This document shows, in pieces, positions 53,601 to 64,000 of a stretch of DNA of 64,000 nucleotides. Positions within the stretch are counted from its first letter, which is position 1. Each line of letters opens with the position of its first letter. Made by a program: the position numbers and the translations under genes. The stretch comes from Amphiscolops sp. MND2022 (lineage: Eukaryota), in contig OZ076409.1 of the NCBI GenBank assembly GCA_964187785.1, positions 87,174,001-87,238,000 on the forward strand, read 5' to 3'. The notes under the pieces are model-generated. The model saw only the letters and a list, made by a program, of their open reading frames with translations. It was not told where the DNA came from and made no database searches.

Positions 53601-56600
53601 ATCTCTTGCAGTAGTCGTCTCCTCCAGTTCGGCATTTTTTCCTACGGCAGCATTCCTAACTTCCGTGAGAGAAATCCCAAGCGACGCCGAAAAAACGCTC
53701 TGATGAACCGAAGTGTCAGGACTGTTGAGAAGTGCAGAAAGAGACGTATCACGATCGTCTTGGACAGAAGCTGATGTGACAGGACTAACAAATCAACTGT
53801 AGCAGGGCTAGTAACATCAGCATTGGATGCACCAGTAGCGTCAACAGTGATAGCAAGAACATGAACATTGTCACTGGCTTGAACATCCGCGAAAGAAGAA
53901 ACCACAACGGGAGGAGACGGAAGAGTGACAGCAGCATCTCCACCAGCAGAAGAAGCAGTTACCGGACCGGAAAGGCACTAAAACACTTTCCCAAATCGAC
54001 GCGTCATGAAAATCTAAGCTGTGGAAACACAAACAAAGAAAAAGCCTAACTGTACGAAGTATTATCCATGAAAACTCCATGGATCGGGAGTTATAGACCT
54101 ACCATGTGCCGGGCGACGAACATCATCAGCGTCACCCTGACGCAAGTCTTCATCTGAGAAAAGACACTGACTCTCGCTCCCACACTGAGCTCCAGTGTCA
54201 TTACGGTGGTGAAGTGACCTGCTATACGTTTTCCAAAACAAATGTTCTGAAACAAAGACAGGGTTGAAACAGCCCAATACTAGCCTGACGCCCTTATGAC
54301 GTCAACAGCGACCGAAAAGAAAACGGAAACAACCAATAAAAATTAAGGTAGCAAAACGTATTCAACACGTGACGTCAGCGTAACGTTGACAATTGCGGCT
54401 AGCAGGATTGAATTAATCCTACAGCCAAAAAAAACGCGACATTACCAAAACGTCAACAATTACGATTAGAAAAGGATTAAAAGAGCTTGTTAACCAATCA
54501 CAGTAAAAGGATTCATCCCGTTAATCCTGGATTAATCCTAGAATCAATGTAAAACATTCAAACACCAGAAAAAGCAACCTAAGATCTACACTGAAACTTC
54601 TACCAGATATATACGAGCTAACCGACATATCATCGTCAAGCGAGGAAGAAGGGTAGATCAACAGAGCATACCCGAAGAATAGTCTGTAACAAGTAGCAGA
54701 GTATTGGAATATCTGGAGCAAGTCGAGCTACAAGACACTAATTTTTATTTTCAAACTCCCCCCGGGCCAATGAAGTACTTAGGCCGGACCGAAAATGAGC
54801 CACTAAATGACCCAGAGTAAATAAATGGACCGGTGATACTCCCCCGGCACAGAGAAGCAACGGACCCAACTGTATACGAGTGTCAGTACCAGCAGACACA
54901 ATTTAAGACGAGGGTGTTTCTTCGTCCTTTGCCAGTCGCATAACCGCTGCCCGCTTACGATTTGGGTTGTAGTTGCAGAACAATCAGCTTCGGCAGGGGC
55001 CATGGGTGTACATCAAAATCAGCAAGTTGGTACTATTGAACTCGCAAACTACTTTAGTGAATATAAACTGTGGCTTAAAGGAAAACAGCAACCAGATTCT
55101 AAAAGGTCTAAATTGGAAACGACCACTAAAATGAACAAAGTGAAATAATTTGACACATTTCCGATAAAACGTTTAAGCTACGTCAAGTTCAAGTCAATTC
55201 TCCACCTGAAATCTTATTTGAAAATAAGCATTCCCAAAGATCAAAGCTAAATCTAGAAAAAAAACTTACATCAGAAATAAAACACAAACTACGCCTATTC
55301 GGAGAAAGGCAACTTCATTGCGCTCTAAAAGTCACATAACGCGAAGAAGGACAATATTATGTCACTGAGTAAACAATAACAGTTCCTCTGGCTAAACTTA
55401 CTATTTGTCTATGACGTCACACTCTCGTGCTGGCAAAGCTAGAAAATTCCAAGTTACTACGTCCACTCTAGTGGCTAGTTAGGTCTAGCATCAAATTTAG
55501 GTCCACGGTACGTCCACTTTTCATAAATTTAACCGTTCTAATCAATATCGAGCAAAAAAACTATCGTTTTGACAAGAATTCTCTGGCAAAATCAAGTTTA
55601 ATCTTACGTTTCAAGTACGTCACCTATTAAGAAATAAATAAGAGAGTCGTCGTATAACTTCTAACTCACACAATAAAATAATAAAATGTGAACGGTTTAG
55701 GAAGGATTTTCATGAGTATAACATAGACCAGGATATTCTAAAAATTAACATATGAAATCACATTTGACTGTCATAACGAATCACAATGAGTGTATTTCTA
55801 CATCTTGAAGATATTTTCGTACGTTTGAACTTTCATACTCAGTTTTATATCCAATTTGTTCCACTATTTGATCAGATTGACGTTCGTACGACGCCATCAG
55901 ATTTATATTATATTGTTGAATTCTTCAAAACTAATAGTTGCTATGCCTCATTATTTGTAGATGTAGTTCATTGCCTGTTGCTAATATAAATACAAATACT
56001 ATCCATGTCCATCCAAACTTAATGTTGGTGTTGTAATATACTATGTTACCTTTTTTTGAGTCTTGTATTCATAATGGCTGCGCCTAATTACCGTCATCCT
56101 GACGTCCAATTAATTATAAGTACAATGTACTGTTGAAGTTGCGGAATATCTACGAGAATGAATCAAATTTTAGATATGTTAAACTTTCCCCTTGTTAGCA
56201 CCATTTCAAACCGTTTTTTTAGATTAGTCATAATAATTTTCAAGGTGAACCTCAAAATCAGGTATTAGTTGTTCACGTCAGCGTCATCTCCGCGTCAATT
56301 TTCCAGCTAACCAAAGCCGCAAATTAGGGAAGCATTTCCGGTTGGACTGATCGAAGTAAAATCTACTCCCTGCTCCGGAGGAAAAATAAGGACACCGGAA
56401 TGGAATGATTTGAGCATGTGACGACTAATGTTATAATAAGGATTTCATGACTAGATCTTGACGAAATGTCGACGTAAAAATGGGGACTTAAATTAAACGA
56501 CTGTTTAGAAGTCATTCTAGGTTACTTTCCACGCATAAACCTATTTTTGTTTCAGAAAAATGTTTTGCATACCTAGTTCTTTCGTTGTTGAACGTTTAGC

Positions 56601-56918
56601 GCACTCAAAGTAAAAATTTGAATTTTTCTACTTCTTTGGGGTCATACTGAGGTACTTGCCTCCCACAGAACTTCAAATGTCTATCACAAGCGTACTGCAT
56701 TACTAGGTTTTCTTCTGGAGCTTTTTGAACCTTCTAACCAACGAAATGTTTTGCACAAAAACTCCCTAAATCGTTAAAAATTGGAAAATTGATACTTTCG
56801 TCTACTTTGGGTTTCTTGATGCACTTTTCTTGCAAAAAACAGTAGATATCTTCAACCCACCTAATCCTTCGTAAATTTCACGAAAATTGCATAAACACGT
56901 CAAAATTTTTTGCATTTT

Positions 56919-57280
56919 TAGTCGGCGCTTCTCTTGAAAAGAGCCGACTATAGTCATGGCTTTTTGTCAGTGCTTTCTAAAAAAGTTTTTGATAGACCTA
57001 ATGTGACCAAAATAGTTCTACCAAAAGTTCTACAAAATTTTAAGACGACGCCAAACTGTACTTGTTGGCCCAGGGAACTGAGCCAAAAACGTTTCTCGTT
57101 TTTTTCTCGTTTTTAAAACAATACCGGACGAGACTAAAGGGTCCCTCTTTCAAATTTTTCGGCGTTGCGAGACCAGAACTTTTTTCCGGGTGCTGTAAAA
57201 GAGAATACTTTGACACTTTGAAGTCCTTTTGCTATTTTTGAGCCTTAGATATAACGCCGACTTGGGCCGGTCCCGGCTTG
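56919..57280 (+). mobile_element. HINE-like element
   Basis: TAGTCGGCGC start; ...CGCCGACTTGGGCCGGTCCCGGCTTG end. Confidence 0.7.
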
Positions 57281-57440
57281 CTTTTACCATGTTTAGGGTC
57301 ATTTTGATCCTACCCAAAAAAGTCCAAAAATCGCTACAAATAGATTTAGCACGAACCTAATTTTGTGGTAAACAAATTCTGTGGACGAAACTCGGCTGAA
57401 TTAGTTTTCATCCAATATGGGAATATAGGGGGAAAATGAA

Positions 57441-58103
57441 CAAGCCGGGACCGGCCCAAGTCGGCGCCATATCCAAGGCTCAAAAATAGCAAAAAGACTT
57501 CCAAGTGTCAAGTATTCTTTTACAGAAGTCGAAAATCGAAAATTTTTCGAAATTTTTTTTTGAAAAAATTACATACTAAAAAAATTGGACCGAGTGGCGC
57601 GCTAACGTCTCACAATGCCGAAAAACTGAAAGGGGGGACCCTTTGAGGTTTTTCAACATCCATTCTGTCGCAAAGCATGAAAAAATTTAAGAAAAATTTT
57701 TTTTTATTTTCGGGAAAAAATCTCACAATGCCGAAAAAAACTGAAAGGAGGAACCCTTTGGGATTTTCCAACATCCATTCTGTCGCAAAACATCAAAAAA
57801 ATGCAGGGGGGACATTTTGAGGAAAAAAATTTTTCGAAAAAAAAATTCCGAAAAAAAATGTCTCGCAGTGCCGAAAAAAATTGAAAGGGGGACTCTTTGG
57901 TCTCTCCCGGTATGGTATGTTACGCGGAAAAACAGGTAAAACCATTTTGGTCCAGTTCGCTAGGCCAAATGGTGCAATTTGACACCATAATATTTTGTAG
58001 AACTTTTAAGAACTATTTTGGTCAGTTCGTGTGGATTGAAAAAAAAAAAAAAAAAAGAAAAGTCACTATAATAGTCGCGTTTCACTTCATGAAGCGCCGA
58101 CTA
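57441..58103 (-). mobile_element. HINE-like element
   Basis: Reverse-complement termini of the same family, with internal subrepeats. Confidence 0.7.
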
Positions 58104-58666
58104 AAAATGACATTGGGCATTTTGTTTGAAAAAGCTCGCAACGAGCTTTCAGTAAGTCAATAGCCAATACTCGTTAATATCTTTCTAGATGCTCTTCTGC
58201 AGCTTGAAACAAAACTCTCTAGAGAAAATTTGAATTATGTCAATACACTGAATTGAAAAATTGCACAAACTAAAAATTTGAAATACATAATGAGGATTGT
58301 AGAAATGCTTTAACAATTGTTTTTCACAAACTTTATACAATTTCAAGAAATTTTGATAAATTAACCATTCAAACAGCTACTGAAGATTCTTGAAGCCAAT
58401 CTTTGTATAATTTAATTTGCTCAGCAAAATTGCACAATTAAAATTATAGAACTGAAATTTACTATTGTGATTTGTTCGCGAGGAAAGTTAGAAAAAGGAT
58501 GAAGCCGCCTCCGTACTGTCTGCTTTCTCGGTTTAGACACTAAAAGCTACTAATTCAGTCGACGTCGACTGGTGAACACGTTGTTGACCAGAAAGCAAAC
58601 AAGAGTAGGCAAAGCATTCTGTGTATCGAAAAGTGATAGAACATTAAATTAGACTTGAAGATTTAG

Positions 58667-61600
58667 TTAGGCATTCGCATTTTCGATGTTTGCCGCAATG
58701 CTGAGGGTACCAGTACCAGAATTGAAAGCAACTCTTGATGATCCTATCTGCGACCTTGGGAAGTAAGAAGGGCTACTCATGTTGTTAGCTTGACCAGCAA
58801 GACCTATTGATGATGAGTGATGATTTGATGGTCTGTTCAAGGAACCTCTAGTTATGGTATGTGCCGCCATTGGTCTCCCGAACAGAGAAGCAGTGTTGTT
58901 CCTGCTGGGCCCACAGATGGGAGGTAAGTCGACTGTGAGAGGCTGAGGCTGCAGGCCTCTGGAACTACTGGCAGGGTTGTGCAGGGTGGATAGCACTCGT
59001 CCAGGGTTCGTGCCGTTCACAGACAGCACACCCATGGGATTACTAATTGTCGCACTGGGGCGATTGAATGTTCGACTGGGAGTCATGGTTTGGGTCTCGA
59101 TGACTGGGAACTTGTCGCACACACTGATTAGAGCGGATCCAAAGCAAAAGTTGAGGTTTTTGCCGGGAAGTTCGAACATTACGGAAGCCACTCTCAGCTT
59201 TTCGTTTTTGCGAAGCACTTGGTAGCCTATGATAGCAGGGGTATATTTGTTGCGCATTCGAGAGTCAACGGTAAAATACTTGCAGGCATTCCTGGGAGAT
59301 TTGTTGGGCGCCTGCGAGATTATAGGTTTGAAGATGTGTTCGCTTAAGAGAAAATCTACAGGCACAAATGGACTGCTAGAACCACCACCAGTCAAGGCAC
59401 CCATGTCATTGCGATAAGGATGAACGAAGCCTTGGGGCTGCGAACATTTTATGTATACTGAGTAACAGCCGACTGTACAAAGAATTGTAAAAATGAACCC
59501 GACACATAATATCGTGCAAATGTGAACAACTCGCCAAGAGTTATGCTCTTGTTGCTGATAAACTATTCCATAGGCAGGCTGTGTTGCTTGAGCATTATGA
59601 ATAGCAAGATAGAACTTATCTTTTTTGAAATCAAACTTATCATGTGGCAACTCAATGATGAAACGTCCGGTAATGTTGGAGGCGAAAACCATCGAATTGG
59701 AATGATCCAGTCTCAGAAATAGTGAATCGCCACTCATTCGCTGAGCGTCCATATTGTCTGGGTTTCCGCCTTTGAGTGCCCGATCTTTTTGTTTTTTAGC
59801 CACTCGATAGAAAAACAACCTTTCGGGAACTGACCCATCGCCTTTCTCAGTAGTCAATTTTTGAGCAAAACTTCGACCCTTAGATTCTTTGGTTTCATCA
59901 CTTCCTGATTTTGTTTCATCATCTTCTGAAGTATCTACATTCACTACCACAGATCTCCTGGTTCTTCTTGGTTCGACGATGGGGCTTCCATCACTCGTAG
60001 ATGAAGCCACAGACGGCATAGTGGAAACGGAGGCATTGGCTTCGGAAGGTTTCGAAGATTCAGTATCGCCTAGATTTTTATTTTGTGAATCCACGGTAGC
60101 TTTAGCCGATTTCGAAAAAATTACATTCTCATTCAAGGGGTCAAGCAGCGAAATTTGATCGACGTTAGGTCCCATGGTAGAGTTACGCATTCTGATGATG
60201 TTCACATCCTTCGTCATGTAGACATCAACAAAACCACTGGTGACTTCGATGGCGATGCGAATATTTACATTTCGATATTGAGGGGAGACGTAGAAAAAAG
60301 ACGCGTTTCCAGAAAGCAGTTTGTGCTCATTCTTGTGGTCGACTTCGAAGTGAGTGTTGTCGGTGTCGAAGAAAAACGTCCCTGTGAAGGACTGCATATT
60401 TCTGTAACACTGTCGCCCGTCGTTTCCTCTTCCTATATATTCAGCATTTGCGTCTGTATTGTCACAGAGAGTACACTGAAACATCACATATCAGAATTCT
60501 AGCTCGAAATAGAAATCACAGCTCACGAATTAATTGTTTTCTGACATCGCCACATGTTAAAATACCACGGTACAAAATAGCAGCTGATCGTAATGAAAAG
60601 AGCCAGAGACCAAAAAAGTAAACTTGACACTGCTGCTTCCTGGATTTTCACCCTAACATCTTTTTTTGAGTCGTTTTCCCAAAAAACTGCAGGTCGCAAG
60701 TATACAGTGGAAAAAGTAGACATGGCAAGTTTCAATCTTACAGCTAACGCTGAAATACTAACAAGACGCCCGCTAAGCACCAGGATATTTCCTCCCTTTT
60801 CTCCTTCATCACTTGAGCCATAGCTATTTTGGGAGGGGAATAGGATCTAAATAATAAGATCTAAAATTTAGTGATTTAGATCTGATTCCCTTTAGATCTT
60901 ATTCCCGTGCTGAAATTTTAGATCTTATTCCCTTTGGATCTTAATCCCATTTTTACTTTAGATCTTATTCCCATCAGATTTTATACTCGTCCTGAAATTT
61001 TAGATCTTGTTCCCTTTAGATCTTATTCCCTTTTTTGACTTTAGATCTTATTCCCCCCTCCTACGGTGGTGAGTCAAGTGATGGAGCGTGGAGATTTGGC
61101 AGAATTTGGAAAAAAAACGCAACACAGATGATGATTTTCCTCCCCATTGAAAATGTGGGTCGGAAAATAACAACAAAAATATCTAAGTGATAAAAACCTG
61201 GTCATGAATACGGCAGTTAGCGTCATCTTTGCAGTTTGGCGGTGACATAGTGTGCCCAATGCACTTACAGCCGGACCCGTCATCTTCGTTGCAGGAGTTG
61301 CTATTGTTTCCATGATAGTTGCAATTGCACAGAACACACTGGAAGTGAGTCAAATCGCTCTTCTTCTTTCTATAACCGGCACTGCATTTCTCACAGTGGT
61401 TTCCTTCTGTGAACCCAGTGCATCCGAAGCACTTCAGATCGTCCACGTCGTTGGTTTGGGGTCCCTCGTTCCGCACAATTTGCATGAAATCGCTCACCTT
61501 CAAGTTCGAAAAAAGTGTAAGAAGCATGTATTGGTTCGAAACATTTGAAATGAGCAAACACTGGAATTCCCGTTTCTCGTTTTACAGTATTCTTCACACA

Positions 61601-63830
61601 AATGATGCCATTTTTAATTTTGTTATCTACAAACAGCATATAGATACCGATTAAGATCTGCATAACTGATAGTATGATGAATAGGCGACAAATCATATCA
61701 AATGAAAGAAGACCCAGATAACATGACACTATTTGAACCATTTGCCTATTACATTATCATTCTTAGTCGGCGCTTTTCTTGAGAAAAGAGTCGAGTATAG
61801 TCATGGCTTTTCGTCAGTGTTTTTAGTCGGCGTTTTCGAAGAAAATCCCGACTCTTACAGTGGCTAGTCTTTTTTTCGTCAGTTCAACGCGAAACGTCCA
61901 CTTTTTGTGTATTAATGCACATTTACCAACTTTTACCATATGTACCATATGTACTTAGTACTTCATTTTCAACGCATCCAAAGCCTCTAACATGAGATAA
62001 AAAGCCATTCCAAAGCAGAAGGGTCCACTTTTTTCGACACTGAGACTTTCCTCCTTTTTTCGGCACTGTGAGACTGATTTTTTTCCGAACTTTTTTAAAT
62101 TGTTCCTCCCATCAATTTTTGATATTTTGCAACAGAATGGATGTTCAAAAAATCCCAAAGTGTCCCCCCTTTTACATTTTTCGGCACTATGCGACTTACC
62201 GGAAATTTTTTCTCAATTTTTAGTTTTTTGAGAGCTTTTGTTGTTTCCAGTTGTAGAAAAAGTGGTTTTCGTTTTCGAGTCTTTTTGAGCCTTAGATATG
62301 GCGCCAACTTGGGCCGTTCCCGGCTTGTTTTTCGATACACCTGAAGTCACCAAAATAGTTCTACCAAAAGTTCTACAAAATTTTAAGACGCCAAATTGCA
62401 CCTGTTGGCCCAAGGAACTGAACCAAAGAGGTTTTTCCTTTTTTCACGCGTAACAGACAATACCGGACGAGACTAAAGGGTCCCCCTTTCAATTTTTCGG
62501 CAGACTTTTTCGAAAAAAAAATGTTCCCCAAAGGTCCTCCTTCATTTTTTTTGGAGTTTTGCGACAGAATGGATGTTGAAAAATACCTAAGAGTTCCCCC
62601 TGGCTCGACAATTCGGTCCAACTTTTGGGTTTTCCGGGTACTATAGAAGAGAATACGTTGACATTTTAGGTCCTTTTGCTATTTTTGAGCCTTAGAATTG
62701 GGCCGATCCCGGCTTGTTTCCAATAAATATCAGTTATACTCACCCTTCTTGTTCAAAACATTACTTATGACTAAATTAAACATTCATGGTTAGGCACAAA
62801 TAATTCACATTCAACCGTGATTACAGATACGACATTAAATACCAAGAGGTAACTCTTGAACTAAAAAGGACTTACTGTTAAAGTTTCTTCGTCAACGTTC
62901 AAATGCTCTGTGTAGCAAATGCTGGTTTTGTTATTGCACAGAGTACGGCAGCTATGGCAGCGATTTTCGGGCAAAAACTCACGATTGGTAGCATCTCCGT
63001 AATAAGTTGCATTGCACTTGGAGCAACCATTGAGAGGCGATAAAGTATTGAATTTACATTCTGTGCAATAAAACGGATCCGAAGGTGGTTTGGAAATGTC
63101 GCAATTACTATTTCCATTGCATTTACACTCCTCTGTACAAGTAGAGCCGGCAAACCCGAAATCACACCCACAAACATCGGGGGATAGACAGGTACCATTA
63201 GGTCCACATGGTGGGTCGCATTGGGGCTCGCATATTTCACTGGTAGCGTCCCGTTCATATTTTTCTTTACATTCGCAAATGTATCCCATTGTGCATTTTT
63301 CCTTGTCGCGCTTACAGTCTATACAAACTTCTCGACTAAGATCACAGTCATGATGTCCATTTCTACATTCGTTTTCATCGCTGCACGACTGGTATCCCCA
63401 TTGATGACCAGACAACCCGTCAAACTCGCCTGGAAGTTGTCCAATAGGAGATGTGTTTCCAGAAGAATGCTCTGACTCGTCACGTTTCTTGATCAGATCC
63501 GAAATGACTGAGTCACTGGTGCACCGACCACCCTCTGAGTTGGGCCCATCAAGGTCACCAGCAAGGCAAATTCCTCTTCCTCCGATTTCTTCGTTGGAGC
63601 TTTGCAGGGAGCAATATCCACAGTGTCTCATGTTAACACAGTCCATACATCTAGAGAAAGACTCGCAAGGCTTGGGACACTGTTGAGACGATCCACGTAC
63701 AACCATGTCACAAATGCCGTCCAAGCAGAGAACAGGCTCGAATGTAGGAGAAATGCACCGATCCAGTCCAGTTGCCCAAAAGCAAGAACGCCATCCGGCA
63801 TCTGAACCTCCGGGTGATTCCAGACAGGAC
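58667..63830 (-). CDS. MEGF8: Multiple EGF-like domains protein 8, last three coding exons (5' part lies beyond the window)
   Basis: Exons about 63830-62876 (acceptor uncertain), 61497-61198 and 60475-58667. Domain order PSI, Ca-EGF (DENECRNGHHDC), EGF (CEPQC..C..GTC..PD.C.C.FGF.G..C..EC.CN), laminin-EGF, TM helix and cytoplasmic tail, as in MEGF8. Confidence 0.85.
60832..61061. mobile_element. Foldback MITE (TAGATCTTATTCCC repeats) in a MEGF8 intron
   Basis: Ends GGAGGGGAATA / TATTCCCCCCTCC. Confidence 0.6.
61764..62716 (+). mobile_element. Two nested HINE-like elements (inner 61824-62327) in a MEGF8 intron
   Basis: Two TAGTCGGCG starts and two CCCGGCTTG ends; removing the inner copy restores colinearity with 56919-57280. 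Confidence 0.72.
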
Positions 63831-64000
63831 CTAAGCGCAGAGATAACCAGTGAATAAGATCCTATGAAAAATCTTATAGAGGATAATAGTTTCTTTGATG
63901 CAACTTCTTTATTGACCTCGACAGTGATTTCGTCCTCAAATGAGGACAGCGGATTTTTTCGCAATCAATAAAAATTACGAAACACAAAAAGCATATAGGA

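Overview
This is metazoan nuclear DNA. Two spliced host genes are present, CDC5L (9226-16901, minus, 15 coding exons) and the 3' part of MEGF8 (58667 to >63830, minus), with a dense nest of mobile elements between and around them. The centrepiece is a complete 16.6-kb Polinton/Maverick (adintovirus-like endogenous DNA virus) at 28666-45313. It has AGTAGT...ACTACT ends and a perfect 6-bp target-site duplication (TSD, CCCAGC), and the empty site is visible in a duplicated piggyBac copy at about 47848. It encodes protein-primed PolB, double-jelly-roll capsid, penton, rve integrase, packaging ATPase and adenain protease. Unusual features: (1) a full-length 348-aa LAGLIDADG intein inserted in the catalytic YxD|TDS motif of its PolB, the pol-c site used by archaeal and giant-virus PolB inteins; (2) each terminus is its own long hairpin containing GCGAAGC mini-hairpin motifs; (3) almost every gene starts with a poxvirus-late-promoter-like TAAATG; (4) a free-standing HNH endonuclease gene sits in a duplicated polB 5' end; (5) a 15x51-bp palindromic array lies between the integrase and ATPase genes. 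Also present are two degenerate BEL/Pao LTR elements (one with an extra SGNH-like ORF), two dead piggyBac copies in a tandem duplication, an intact DD34E Tc1 element, Helentron/HINE-like elements and foldback MITEs. Everything is read by eye with no searches run, and the host species cannot be fixed from this window.
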